Numbered from the stretch's first letter, positions 1 to 13,736 are shown. The stretch: 64,000 nucleotides of DNA from Octopus vulgaris (GCA_951406725.2 OX597820.1:76136001-76200000); one strand, 5' to 3'. The notes: generated from the sequence alone by a model not told the origin. Program-made: numbers and translations.

Positions 1-313
<313 letters not shown>

Positions 314-483
314 TATGTGTGTATGTGTGGTATTTTTTAGCTGCAGGATGGATAGTAGTAGAAACTTAAAATTCATGACGAAGTCTAAATAGTTTTTAAC
401 ACTTTCATTTGTCAATCAGTATAAATACTTATTCTCCAACTCTTCTTACTCCTTCTCCCCCTCTCCTCCTCCTCTTCCTACTT

Positions 484-526
<43 letters not shown>

Positions 527-595
527 CACCACCACCACCACCACCACCACCACTACTACTACTAATAGTAACAATAATAATAATAATAATAATAA

Positions 596-937
596 AGGGT
601 AAAGACCCCCTTCGGTCAGGCACTGACCATGGGTTTGCACCTAGAGAGATACCCTCTGAGGCACAAGTCTGGGCAAGGTTGTTTTATGGAAGACCAGCAG
701 TCGCCCATGCATACCGGCCTCCCCTCTCCACGTCACCGATGTTGTCCAAGGGAAAGGCAAGGGCCGATACAGCTTGGCACCTGTGACGTCGCAACTCATT
801 TCTACAGCTGAGTGAACTGGAGCAACGTGAAATAAAGTGCCTTGCTCAAGAACACAACACGCAGCCCCGTCCGGGATTCGAGCTCACAACCTCACGATCG
901 TAAGCTCGACGCTCTAACCAGTGAGCCATGCGCCTTC

Positions 938-938
<1 letters not shown>
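596..938 (-). mobile_element. tRNA(Arg-like)-derived SINE, family 1, inserted in (AAT)n
   Basis: The minus strand begins tgaaggcgcatggctcactggttagagcg...ttacgat...gagctcgaatccc (A box, ACG loop, B-box-like). A CORE-like block cttgagcaaggcacttt...cagctgtagaaatg follows. There is a near-identical copy at 5297-5633. Confidence 0.85.
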
Positions 939-971
<33 letters not shown>

Positions 972-1519
972 TAATAATAATATCCTTTTTAATTTTCGCA
1001 GAAGCCCAGCAACATTAAGGGGGAAGGAACATGCCAATTACATGAAACTTGGTAGTTGACGGGTAAAAGTTTTATTGACACCTAAAAGGATGAAAGGCAC
1101 AGTCGACCGCAACGGAATTTGAACTGAGAATCTAGGGAACCGAAAGAAAAGCAATTCGTTCGATGCCCTTCTTGTGTCTCTGTAAGTTAATCTTTCCGAA
1201 TTACTGTTTAGAAAATGTAACCTTTTTTGCGTGTGCGTGTACACGTGTACATGAGTACGTCCCTTGTTTTTGTTTGTTTTTAGAGAATGTGGAAGCTTAA
1301 AGTTTATGAACTATGTTTATTTATACATATAGTTTTCAATTCAGTTTCAGGTATGGCTACATGTAATGATCTTTATGATTTATGAATTTGGATCTCTCAA
1401 TATAAGCACATGTAGGATATATTAAATGTGTGCTTACACTTATTAATAAAATTAAAATAAATACACAATAAATAAATATGCAGAAACATTTTTTAAGTAG
1501 TTTAATCTTCTAACCACAA

Positions 1520-1850
1520 ACACCACTAACTAATATACAGACATACCATAAAAACATCATTCTCTACAATTAATAACTTCGAAAACACAGAGGCCAACTA
1601 GAGCCGCCTTAAACTTTCAAAAGATGAAAAACAAAACCATTTACATAACAGCAACTGTAGCACCTTCAGAACCTCTCAATCCTGCGCTTTGAAATGAAAT
1701 TGTGCTACAAGTGATATTGTCCACAGCGTTACTTGTTCACCAACACAAAACCAGCTGGTACATCCGCATATGTAGGGTCTGCAGCAAACTAGTTCGAGAC
1801 ATGATACAACAAAACACACATACTTGCAAAGTAGAGTAATGAATAAAATA
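1520..1850 (+). pseudogene. Decayed Penelope-like element GIY-YIG endonuclease fragment
   Basis: Frameshifted translation SNCS...SCALK*NCATSDIVH...AYVGSAAN*FET*YNK. This matches the Cys-linker + IVY...YVG...F.TRYN pattern of PLE GIY-YIG domains. Confidence 0.55.
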
Positions 1851-2119
1851 AAAAATAAGGAATGTTTGTAACACTGCGGAAAGTTTTAAAAGCCTTTATA
1901 TTTCGGGTGCACACGAATGGAAATGTGTTTAAAACTTTCTGTATTGTTAGAAGCTTTCGTAATTTCTCATTTCATTCATTATTCAGAAAATATTGTCAAT
2001 TGCAAATACCATACTACAGTTGCAACAAACCCTATCAATTTTGTACCAAGGAATCTTACCACGTTCTCATATTTAGGAATCAAGTTTTGAACTGAAACTT
2101 GGAACTATTCTCTTCTTGC

Positions 2120-2405
2120 AGAAATGCAGTCGGAGACCTTTGGCATTATGTCGTGCTTGTGAAGAAGACCCATCAAGCCGAGCAAAATCTCAGTCGTGGC
2201 AGATAGCGGTTTCACGCAAGTTGGTACCAGTGCCGTTGGCACGTAAAGGCACCCATTACACTCTCGGAGTGGTTGGCGTTAGGAAGAGCATCCAGCCGTT
2301 GAAACACATGCTCAATCAGACTGTAGTCTGGTGCAGCCATTCAGCGTGCCAGCCCAGTCAAACCGTCTAACCCATGCCAGCGTGGTCTACGGACGTTAAA
2401 TGATG

Positions 2406-2408
<3 letters not shown>
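2120..2408 (+). mobile_element. RTE-type LINE/SINE 3' tail
   Basis: gttggcgttaggaagagcatccagc...aacccatgccagcgtgg...ggacgttaaatgatgat, ending in a short TGA repeat. Confidence 0.55.
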
Positions 2409-2450
<42 letters not shown>

Positions 2451-3742
2451 TCCAATGTCTGAAGCAAGTAAAACTTAATCTTTTATACCCCACTATCTGT
2501 TAAAATGCCATTTAAGCATTGGTGTTGATCCACTTAACAATGCGAATCCCAAACCTAAACACTTTTGATTCCCTGGAAACATTGTAAAATATCGTCAATA
2601 TTTACCGAAATTTCATATGGTCGATGTTAAGAAAAAAAAAAAAGGAGTCTATATCAAAATTTTCCCATGAGTATATCTGAACCTTGTACGCATACATGTA
2701 CTCGTCATTTCTTTGGTATTAATACAACATCTAAAATACATCATGTTTACTGCGGTATTTCCTATCATTTACAGCGTTTTCTACAAACAGACTTAAGTGA
2801 TTCAAGATAGCGTCTACAGAAGCAAAAGAAGAAAAATAATAATACGAAAGAACTTAACGCCGATTTGGTGCGATTGAAGCGAGCTGGAATATACAGATAC
2901 ATACATACATACATACATACATACATACATACATACATACATACATACATACATACATACATGTGTATGTGTGTGTGCGTGTGTAATGATTTGCAGAAAG
3001 ATAAGTAGTAAACCATTCCTTTATTTGCAGAACACATAAGAAGGGAAGTGAAGTAATTCGGAAATGTAATTCGAAACGAGACCCTGCCAGTTAAAAATTC
3101 CGAACACTTCTAACTATGTTAACCTTTCGTGCACTCAAACAATGTACGTGTTGTTGAGATTTATGTACACATCAAAATAGTTCTTGACACGGGAACGAAT
3201 CTTGGCGTATTTCACTTTAGGGAAGCGATGTTATCATTAGTGGAATGTTATCGTTCTCTTTACTGTAAAGACGCATCGTATTAATCAATATATTACCAAG
3301 ATATTTTTTAGCCATGTGGTACAAGTATGTCAGTTTTAATCAGATTTTCAGGCATCTCTCTCACCAAATTACGTTAAGTGAGAACTGCTGAGATGCTACC
3401 AAAATCTCGACTCACGTTTATTATTCTTTTCGCCTGTAAATGTAACAATTGTATAACTTTTATCTTTCCTCTATAAACACTCTCACTGATTAAGATGTTT
3501 GATAGCTCTCTCACTGGCTTCGTCTACTTCATATTTCAGGATAAATTAGAAAGAACAACTATTTGTTTGCTATACGTGACCTAACTTTGGTTAACTGAGA
3601 GTCTGGAGAAAACTAATTGAAGATAATTGATGATATTGCCAGAGCTTGCCGAAACAAATCCGAAAACTCCATCTTCTGTGACATGACAGATTTAAAAAGG
3701 TTTATACGTTTTTTTTTCTTTTCTAGTTGATATTATATTGTA

Positions 3743-4110
3743 GCAGCGAGCTGGCAGAATCGTTAGCACGTCCGACAAATTCTTAGCGGCATTTCATCTT
3801 TCTTTCTACGTTCTAAGTTCAAATTCCGTCGAGGTTGTCCTTTCAAATCCAAAAAAGTAAGTACCAGTTGAATACCGCTGAATAGCTCTCTCCCGCAAAA
3901 TTCCAGGTCTTGTAGTTATAGAAGAAAGAATAATTATCATTTGACTAAGGTTGTGAGCTGACAGGATCAGTGGCATGCCGGACGAAACGCTTACTGCCAT
4001 TTCTTTCGGCTTTTTACATTCTGAGTCCAAATCACGCTGGGGTCAACTTCGTCCTATTACTTCGAGGTTGAGAACATAAAATACCAGTCAATGTAATTGA
4101 TCTATCCTTT
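3743..4110 (+). mobile_element. Two tandem copies of SINE family 3
   Basis: The gcagcgagctggcagaatcgttagcacg...gttctaagttcaaattccg motif occurs at ~3743 and again, more diverged, at ~3950. Confidence 0.7.
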
Positions 4111-5228
4111 GGTCATTGATAGACTTAAAACCTGCAACGGACTGGTGTCTCATTCAGAGAGAATGTTATGCTCGCGGTCACTTATACGCCGTGGAAAGCG
4201 GATACCCAGACTTATGATCTCTAGGGCATGGAAAATTAAAAGAAATTGTATCAGGTAACATATTTTGAAAGGGGTGTAGAATTGATTAAACTCTTCCTTT
4301 ACATAACCGGTATCTATTTTACTGACCGATGAATATTGAAAATGCTGGTGATAGGCTTGCTAGGGCACCGACTTATGATGGCTGAGATGAACGAGAATTG
4401 AACTCACTGTCGATAATATTCTTGTTAAAGGATAATAATTTTGCTACGTTTATGTTTTTGTTTCGCAAGTTTCCTGCAATATAACAGATATTGTTATATT
4501 CGCGATGATAATGTCTATTTTGTTGCTGTTGTTTTTATACCAAATAAACACAGGCACAGTGGGATTGTTCAGCTTTATAATCATTCTTAATTTAGGGTCC
4601 GTTGTCTGAAAACTTTCTTCGCACATACAGTAATTTCTTCTTTTCTCAAAAGAGAATACACTAAACAAGGCACAAGAAGGTATGTGGAATGGAGAGTCGC
4701 TGAAAAAGTCACAGGATGTGTGACGAAAGATATCAGACAGACAACACTAAAATACGAATAATAATAATAATAAAACTGAACTGAAGAACAAGTAAATAGT
4801 GCGTGTGTTTATTTGAGAAAAAAATGACCGTCCCTAAATAAAACAATAATAATAAATTTTACTCTGTCAAGTGTATTGAATAATCCTTCAAATTTACATA
4901 AAATTGCTTTTATTATAGCACAAAAGGAAGCATTAACATAATACTTCAACTTCGACTTCAGTGCTTTCGCAAGGTTAAATGAACCCCGCTACCTACCATA
5001 CAGAATTATATATATGTATATATATACATTAGTCTGATATAATGAATCTATACGCACATATAAAATATCCAAGGGTATAATTTTTCCCCTTGAAGATATT
5101 GTGCTCAGGTCATATAAATTTAAAATTTACTTAAAATTTACTGAGTATTAATTGAAAGGGATGATGATGAATTTGCTGTAATTAATAACCAGTTATTAAC
5201 TTCCCAATTTCCATTTTCTTTTTCTTCT

Positions 5229-5289
<61 letters not shown>

Positions 5290-5296
5290 TCATGTC

Positions 5297-5633
5297 TAAG
5301 ACCCTCTTCGGTGATTACTGATCATGGGTTTGCACCTAGAAAGTTACCCTCCCAGGCACAAGTCCGGGCAAGGTTGTTTATGGAAGACCAGCAGTCATCC
5401 ATGTATACCAGCCTTCCCTCTCCAATGCCATCAATGTTATCCAAGGGAAAGACAAGGGCCAATACAGCTTGGTACCTGTGACATTGCAACTCATTTCTAC
5501 AGCTGAGTGAACTGGAGCAACGTGAAATGAAGTGTCTTGCTCAAGAACACAACACGCAGCCCGGTCCGGGATTCGAGCTCACAATCTCACGATCGTAAGC
5601 TCGACGCTCTAACCACTGAGCCATGCGCCTTCA
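5297..5633 (-). mobile_element. SINE family 1 copy
   Basis: Aligns by eye over ~335 bp with 596-938. Confidence 0.85.
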
Positions 5634-5672
5634 CTCATACGTACATACATATACATTCATGTATATATACAT

Positions 5673-5719
<47 letters not shown>

Positions 5720-5765
5720 CATACATACATACATACATACATACATACATACATACATACATACA

Positions 5766-5798
<33 letters not shown>

Positions 5799-6791
5799 GT
5801 AAAAAAAAGTTTCGTAATGAGATAAAAAAAACCTAGTGTGTGTAGATTTTAGAACATTTATAAATCTTCTAAAATCTACACAGCCTTGGCTTTTTATCCC
5901 ATTACGGAAAAAAAATATGTACACACGCTGATATATGACCTAAGTTGGGCCCCTTATTCGCATAATCACCGAACCTGGAACTTAACTATGGTCTATCCAT
6001 AGCACTAATTCAGCATTACCTGACACCTTTGGGTCTCACTGACACCATTACCTCTCATGACCTACATCTATATATATATATACCACAGCTTTCCAAACGT
6101 TTTCCATTTACACAATTCGCTATTGGTCGGCCTGGGAGGGCTATGGCAAAAGACATTTGCCCAAGTGCCACGCTGTGGTCCCGAACCCGAAACAAACTGG
6201 CTGCAAAGCGAGCGTGTTCACTACACAGTCATGCGATCAAAAAGTCCAAAATTACATAACTAAAGACCGCAAAGAAATTATTCCGCCCCTAAGATAATTA
6301 AATATAATATATAAAAGCTTCAGAGACGGCGTCAAAGACGGACTTCAACGAGCTTAAAAATGTCAGAACCGCGTAATTATTTTGGCGTATCATGTCTCGC
6401 ATAACAAGCTTCCCAATTAGAATATAAGATATCTCTTCTAAGATATCTCGTTTTGATTCTTTGAAATACCTATTAATCTGTCACTTGAAAGAACAGATAT
6501 TCCTCTCAATAGAATGGTTATTTCTGGCTTTCCTTGAATTTAACACATTAAAAAAGCTATTGTACATAGACGCTGGCATGGCTGTGCTGTTAAGAAGTTC
6601 GGTTTGCAATCATGTAGCTTAGAGTTCTCCCCATTGCATGGTACCTAAATCAAGTATCTTCTGTTATACTCTTGGACTCACCAATAACTTGTGAGTGTAC
6701 ATGGAACACGGAAACTGTACGGAACCCTGTCAAGCATATATATATATATATATCTGTAAATGTAATATGAGACAATTATTCGGCAGCCATT

Positions 6792-6849
6792 ATAAAACTC
6801 CTAGATTCGGATGCCGAGGTGGAAATCCAACCGCCATCTCTTCAGTTAT
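6792..6849 (-). ncRNA. Degenerate minimal hammerhead ribozyme motif
   Basis: Minus strand: ataa-CTGAAGA-gatg...catc-c-GAAT(GAAA mutated)-ct agg ag-T-T-ttat. Confidence 0.45.
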
Positions 6850-6908
6850 CCGGCCATCGGAAAAATGCTATGAAAAATTTATATATATATATATACATAT
6901 ATAAATGT

Positions 6909-7146
6909 AAAATAATAAGGGTGAAATATTAATTTGAATATTAATTTGATTAATATCAATTTAAAACCAGTGGTCTCGCATATTAAAGTCTGAAGATGCA
7001 GAAAAATGATATTACATGCATATAAGAAGGATGACCACTACATGAACATCCATATGTTAGAAGTAGATCCGCTATGGTCTTACCACTAAGAAAAGAATGT
7101 TTGCAAGAAAATCTTGTGGCGTTTGCTAAAAATTGTGGCGTTTGCT

Positions 7147-7150
<4 letters not shown>
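6909..7150 (-). mobile_element. Penelope-like pLTR remnant (same family as 44040-44527 and 50598-51012)
   Basis: Shares aaaataataagggtga...ggatgaccacta...tatggtcttaccactaagaaa with the other two copies and abuts (AT)n. Confidence 0.6.
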
Positions 7151-7201
<51 letters not shown>

Positions 7202-7377
7202 ATAATATAACACGAGGGTGGAAGAGAACAAGCGTTCATAACGGGCTTGCATCTCGAGAGCACGTCAATCAGTTTTAACGAAATGAAAGTTTCAACATTC
7301 GAGACAACGTATTACAAATATTTTATAACATGCTCTCGCTGGTTGGTCATATCATTTTTATATTGCAGTTTGTATAT

Positions 7378-7423
<46 letters not shown>

Positions 7424-8929
7424 GGCCTATTGCGCATGGTGAAAGCATTCAGCGATGACATCGGGATGGAGTTTGGACTTGAGAAGTGTGCCAAGGCCAC
7501 TTTCCAGAAAGGGAAAGTGAAGACCACAAATTCAGTCGTGTTAGATGTTGACACAGTCATAAGAGAGCTTGAGCAAGAACAAACATACAAATATTTAGGG
7601 ATAAATGAAGGCTCTGGTATTCAGCATGCAAGCATGAAAGAGAAGATCAGGAAGGAATGTTATAGGAGAGTTCGTGCAGTCCTGAAATCTGAACTAAATG
7701 CACGTAACAATGTATTAGCTATAAATTCCTTAGCAGTTCCAGTTGTTACTTATAGCTACAATGTGTTGAACTGGAATATGAGTGAAGTAAAGAATATAGA
7801 TAGGAAAATACGCAAGCTGCTGAGTTGTAATAGGATGCACCACCCAAAGGCAGACGTAGATCGCCTTTACGTTCCCAGAGCCCAAGGAGGTCGAGGCCTG
7901 ATCCAATTTGAACTTGCTTACAAAACAACCACAATTGGACTGGCCAAATATCTCGAAATAACGAATGACTGGATGCTAAAGCTCGTGGAAAATCACGAGA
8001 GACGAAAGAAGCTTCATTCTATCATAAAGGAAAGCAAAAGATTTGCTATTGATCTCGTGCAGGATACCCAAACTGAACAACCCGAGGGAAGTATGGCAAC
8101 TATTGTTGCAAAGAAGGTGAAAATAATGGCAACGAAAAAAGCGCACGAGTAATTGGCTGATAGGTGGGAGGAGAAACCTCTGCACGGCAAATATGTGGCC
8201 CGCAGCAAACAAGCTGATGTTGACCAGAAGCAAACCCATCAGTGGCTACGGAGCTCAGGGCTAAAAGCAGAGAGCGAAGGTTTTATCCTGGCTGCTCAAG
8301 ATCAAAGCCTATTAACCCGGAACTACCAGGCCAATGTGATGAAAAATGGAGCAGACCCAAAATGCCGATTCTGCAACGACATGATTGAAACAGTGGACCA
8401 CCTAATCTCTGGATGTAAAGTCTTAGCACCAGTGGAGTATAAATTAAGACATGACAGAGTTGGCCAATATCTACACTGGCTAATAAATCGGCATTATAAT
8501 ATCAAAACTGCCGACAAGTGGTATAATCACCACCCTGAGGCTGTAACTGAAGGAGAAAATGTAACCATTCTGTGGGACTTTCCAGTACATACAGACCGAA
8601 CCATCAAGGCCAATAAACCAGATATTGTTGTGAAAGACCAAAACAATAAAGTTTGCTTATTGATCGACATGAGCATCCCCTGTGATCATAATATCTCAGC
8701 GAAAGAGTTTGACAAGCTCAGAAAATATAAAGACCTACTCATTGAAATTGAGAAAATGTGGCATCTCAAGGCGGTTACAATACCAGTGATCGTAGGAGCA
8801 CTAGGAATGATCAAGAAAGGAACCGAAAATTATATGAGAATGATCCCTGGCTTACCATCCCTGCAAGAAGTGCAAAAGATTGTCTTAACTGGTACATCAC
8901 ACGTATTGAGAAGAGCATTGTCGATGTGA
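7424..8929 (+). pseudogene. R4/Dong ORF (RT-thumb, zinc knuckle, REL endonuclease) with one in-frame stop at 8150-8152
   Basis: ORFs 7430..8152 and 8153..8929 are in the same frame. The paralog at ~10957 has CAA where this copy has TAA. Confidence 0.9.
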
Positions 8930-9106
8930 GAACAGTTGCTGCTCATGTATTTTAAGTTAACTTTAAAAAAAATTAAAAAATTAAAAATTAACGAACTATT
9001 GAGTTTGGTTTAATGGCCTACCAATGTATACTATGAGTTTCTTTGCCCTAGGAGTCGGGAAGACACTCGGCAAGAAATGGAAGCAAATTTGAAAGAAGAA
9101 AAAAAA
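7424..9106 (+). mobile_element. 5'-truncated R4/Dong-clade non-LTR retrotransposon, subfamily A, in (TAA)n
   Basis: RT C-terminus (DIGMEFGLEKCA, YKYLG, RLYVPRAQGGRGL), CCHC knuckle (CRFC..ETVDHLISGC), RHD motif, REL endonuclease (KPDIVV..LLIDMSIP..KLRKY), then a 3' UTR. Flanked by TAA repeats. Confidence 0.93.
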
Positions 9107-9178
9107 TGTAATAACAATAATAATCATAATAATCATAATAATAATAATAATAGTGATGATGATGATGATGATGATGAT

Positions 9179-9515
9179 GTTTCTCTAAAAGAAATGGAGA
9201 AACTTACAAAATACAAAGACCTGGAAATAGAGGTAACTCGAATGTGGAATCTAAAAAACAGAAACAATTCCTATCATAGTGGGCCCATTAGGTATGATAA
9301 CGAAATATTCATACAAATACATAACAAAAACACCAGGACTTACAAATATATATAACATACAGAAAATTGCACTGCTGGGCACTGCACACATCCTACGCAA
9401 AATACTTTCAATACAGTAACCATAAGAACATCACAGCAAACCACAGCACATACCCAAGGCACACAGAGCTGCGCTCGGTAGTGAAGTGAAAGCACGTTAT
9501 AAAAATAAAACTACG

Positions 9516-9516
<1 letters not shown>
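9179..9516 (+). mobile_element. R4/Dong subfamily B 3' fragment
   Basis: VSLKEMEKLTKYKDLEIEVTRMWNLK...IQKIALLGTAHILRK, followed by a distinct 3' UTR and (AAT)n. Confidence 0.88.
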
Positions 9517-9596
<80 letters not shown>

Positions 9597-9597
<1 letters not shown>

Positions 9598-10153
9598 CAT
9601 ACGTTGGAAGCTATGCCAACATTATTGAATAACAACAGAAAAAAGGTGGTATAGGCACACACCAGAAAAGGTCACAGAAAACGAGAAAGCAACCATACTC
9701 TGGGATATGCCGATACACACAGATAGAGAAATTAAGGCCAACAGACCAGATATAGTTGTCAAAGATCATGAAGAAAAAAAATGCTTTCTAATTGATGTAT
9801 CAATACCGGCTGATGACAACGTGTCTCTAAAAGAAATTGAAAACTCTCAAAATACAAAGACCTGGAAATAGAGGTAACCAGAATGTGGAATCTAAAAACA
9901 GAAACAATTCCTATCATAGTAGGTGCATTAGGCATGATAAAAAAATATTCAGACAAATACATAACAAAAACACCAGGACTTACAAACACATATAACATAC
10001 AGAAAATTGCACTACTAGGCACTGCACACATCCTACGCAGAACACTTTCCATACAATAACCATCAGAGCATCACAACAAATCACAGCACATACCCAAGGC
10101 ACACAGAACTGCGCTCGGTAGTGAAGTGAAAGCACGCTAAAAAAATAAAACTA

Positions 10154-10156
<3 letters not shown>
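9597..10156 (+). mobile_element. R4/Dong subfamily B 3' fragment
   Basis: WYRHTPEKVTENEKATILWDMPIHTDREIKANRPDIVVKD...KYKDLEIEVTRMW...IVGALGMIKK, with the same 3' UTR as 9179-9516. Confidence 0.9.
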
Positions 10157-10221
<65 letters not shown>

Positions 10222-10226
10222 TGATG

Positions 10227-10276
<50 letters not shown>

Positions 10277-10331
10277 GACGATGACGATGACGATGACGAT
10301 GACAATGACGATGACGATGATGATGATGATA

Positions 10332-10590
10332 CCAGGCTTACCATCCCTACAGGAAGTGTAAAAATTCGTGTTAAATGGAACGACTTATGTACTGAGAAGA
10401 GCATTATCGCTGTGAAAACAACATCCATTCATGAATTTATTTATTTATTAATTTTTAGACACATATTTTACCTGTGAATTTGTGTTTGTGTAATCTGGGA
10501 ATGCATAAAATGAGCTTCTCTGCCCTAGGTGTACGGAAAACACTCAGCGAGAAACGGAAGAAAATTTGAATAAGGAAAGGGTAAAATACA
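10332..10590 (+). mobile_element. R4/Dong subfamily A extreme 3' fragment
   Basis: ccaggcttaccatccctacaggaagtg...agaagagcatt plus UTR gccctagg...cactc, homologous to 8845-9106. Confidence 0.8.
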
Positions 10591-10602
10591 ATAATAATAA
10601 TA

Positions 10603-11896
10603 ACTGGAATATGAACGAAATAAAGAAGATTGACAGAAAAATACATAAGCTGCTGACTTGCAATAAGATGCACCGCCGAAAGGCAGCCGCAGATCGTCTT
10701 TACCTACCCAGAGTTCAAGGAGGTCGAGGCTTGATCCAATTTGAAATCTACAAAACCACCACGATTGGACTGGCAACATATCTTGAAACGTCTAATAATT
10801 GGATACTGAAGCTCGTTGAAAACCATGAGAGACGTAAGAAGCTTCATTATATTATGAAGGAGAGCAAAAAAAATTCTGGCTGAACAGCATGAGAGTAATG
10901 CACCAAATGTAGTTGCAAAGAAGGTGAAAGCAATAGCAAGACAAAATACGCTTGAACAATTGACTGATAGGTGGAAAAAATCCTCCGCATGGCAAATATG
11001 TGGCCCCGTAGCAAACAAGCTGAAATAGACCAGAAGCACACCCATCAACGGCTACGGAGCTCAGGGCTAAAATCAGAGATTGAAAGCTTTATCTTGACTG
11101 CCCAAGATCAGAATTTATTGACCTGGAACTACCAAGCCAATGTAGTGAAAATTGGTGTAGATCCAAACTGCCGATACTGCAGCGTTGGGATAAAAATAGC
11201 CGACCAACTAATCTCTGGATTTAGCACCTGTAGTTTACAAATCAAGACTTGACAATGTTGGCCAATATCTACACTTGTTAATATGTCGGTATTATAAAAT
11301 CAAAACTGTTGACAAATGGTACAGTTACCACCATAAGGCTGTAAGTGAGGGAGAAAATGTAACTATTCTTCGGGCCCATGAAGGCAAATAAACCAGGTAT
11401 TGTTGGGAAAGACAAAAGCAATACAATCGGTTTACTGATTGACATGAGCAAAACAATTTGACTAGCTCAGAAAATATAAAGATTTACTCATCGAAATTGA
11501 AAAGATGTGTCACCTCAAGACGGTTACAATTCCAGTGATTGTAGGAGCACTTGGAATGAGCAAAATAGGAATTGAAAATTACTTAAGAATAATCCATGGT
11601 TTACTATCCATGCAAGAATTGCAAAAGATTGTCTTAACTGTACGTCACACGTATTGAGTAGAGCAATGTCACTGTGGATTTTCTTTCCTTTTCCCTCTTC
11701 ATTTTATTTGTTTACTTTTCTATTTTTTATTTTTTTTATTTTTCTCTCTGTCTTCCCTTTTTCTCTGTCACATGACTCTGTAAATGAACAGTCTGGTGTG
11801 CTTTTTTTTAATGGCCTACCAATGTATACAATATGTTTCCCTGCCCTAGGTACCAAGAAGACACTCGGCAAGAAATGAAAACAGAATTGAAAGAAG
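10603..11896 (+). mobile_element. R4/Dong subfamily A, older frameshifted copy
   Basis: NWNMNEIKKIDRKIHKLL...RLYLPRVQGGRGL...CRYC, collinear with 7768-9106 but with many stops and indels. Confidence 0.9.
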
Positions 11897-11928
11897 ATGC
11901 TAATGACAATAATAACAACAATAATAAC

Positions 11929-11996
<68 letters not shown>

Positions 11997-12158
11997 TGAT
12001 GATGATGATGATGATATCAAGAGCACTCAGAGAGTGCAAACCTCCGCCAAGGCAACACCAACGTACTCTCAACGATTATCCAGAGATGATTTTTAAAATG
12101 AGAATATCTAAAATAAACTCGACTGCTTTCACAAACGAGGATACTGATACCCGACAAT

Positions 12159-12320
12159 AAGGGCTGCAATAAGGGTAGAACACTAGCAGAAAACAGCACT
12201 GCTAGGAACCGCGCGAATACTCCGGAAGGTGCTCGAAAAATAAGAGGTGTTACCTTAGTTCACTGGTAGTGAACATCTGACACCGTTGGACATCTCCAGC
12301 GTTAGAAGCTGTGCAAAGGC
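12159..12320 (+). mobile_element. R4/Dong subfamily C 3' end
   Basis: QKTALLGTARILRKVLEK* followed by its own 3' UTR and (AAT)n. Homologous to 62132-62325 on the minus strand. Confidence 0.75.
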
Positions 12321-12369
12321 AATGATAATAATAATAACGATATTTTTTGTAACTGTGTATGTTTTCTTT

Positions 12370-12820
12370 AATGTGGCATAAGAATTCACTTCGCTAACAC
12401 GTGGTTTGGGGTTCAGTCTCACTGCGTGGCACCTCAACCATATACTTTCCACTACAGCGCCCGAGTTAACCAATATCTTATCAGTAAATTTAATAGGCGG
12501 AAACTGTGTGGAAGCCAGTCCTATATATATATATGTGTATGTGTGTCCATATGTGCATACATGTGATGTGTGTCTATGTGTATAAGTGTGTTTGTGTATG
12601 TGTATAATTGTGTGACTTTTTCTGTTTGTCCTCATTATCATTTGTTAATCGGTGTTGGTTTGTTTACTTTCCCGTGAATTAACAGTTCGGCAAAACATAC
12701 CGATAGGATAAATACCAAACCCTAAAATGAACAAGTAAAAAGTTTGATTTTTCGACGAAACACTTCAAAGTAGTACAGTAGTATGGCCGCAGTCCAATTA
12801 TTGAAACAAGTAAAAGATAA
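12370..12820 (+). mobile_element. SINE family 2 (internal AT/GT microsatellite), diverged
   Basis: ggttcagtctcactgcgtggcacc...ggaaactg...(TA)(TG)n...cagttcggcaaa...atggccgcagtc...gaaacaagtaaaaga. Confidence 0.75.
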
Positions 12821-13112
12821 ACGACATATCGATTTTAAAGGAAATTCTTTTTAGAGGACAAAGAAATATATTTTAACATCGGTAGTTTACTTGTAGCGAG
12901 TACTGTAAAACAATCTCGTTTACAAAATTTTACTTCACGAACGTTAACGCATGTTAGTGTATGAAGCAGGAACATTAGACACCACTGTTTCAGCCTTTTT
13001 TCTAACACCGGAACTGTAACGTCTGTGATGACGGAACCTATTTAGCCTGTTTACCAAGCATGCATATAATAGATAGGATTATTATTATTATTAATATTAT
13101 TGTTAATATTCA

Positions 13113-13510
13113 GGCAGCGATGTGGGAGAATCGTTTGCACGCCGGGCAAAATGCTTAGCGACATTTCGTCCGTCCTTACGTTCTGAGTTCAAATTCCGCC
13201 GAGGTCACCTTAGCCCGCCATCCTTCCGGAGAACGATGAAATAAGTACCAGTTACGCTCTGAGGTCGATGTAATCGACTAGCCACCTTGTGATTATGCAA
13301 GAAAAGATTATTATTATCGTTGTTAATATTAAGGCGGCGAGCTGACAATCATTAGCATGCGGGGCACAATGCTTCGCGGTATTTCGTCCAACTTTCCGTT
13401 CTGAGTTCAAATTCCGACTTTGCCTTTCACCAACTAGGGGTCAAGAAAATGAGTACCAACCGAGCACCAGGGTCGATTTAATTGACTCACTCCCTTAACC
13501 GAACTTACTA
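13113..13510 (+). mobile_element. Two tandem SINE family 3 copies
   Basis: Heads at ~13113 and ~13331, each containing gttctgagttcaaattccg. Confidence 0.75.
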
Positions 13511-13518
13511 GTCATGGG

Positions 13519-13575
<57 letters not shown>

Positions 13576-13684
13576 ATTATTATTATTATCATTATTATTA
13601 TTATTATTGTTGTTGTTGTTGTTATTGTTGTTATTATTATTATCATCTTCATCATCACCATTATTATTATTGTTATTATTATTA

Positions 13685-13736
<52 letters not shown>

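Noticed and set aside
860-938. Possible tRNA-Arg gene (also 5555-5633, 59708-59770)
   Set aside because: The cloverleaf pairing is poor and each is joined to a SINE body, so these are SINE heads.
12016-12158. Repeat-like segment aagagcactcagagagtgcaaacctccgccaagg within the Dong train
   Set aside because: It looks like a separate interspersed repeat end, but I could not classify it from the sequence alone.
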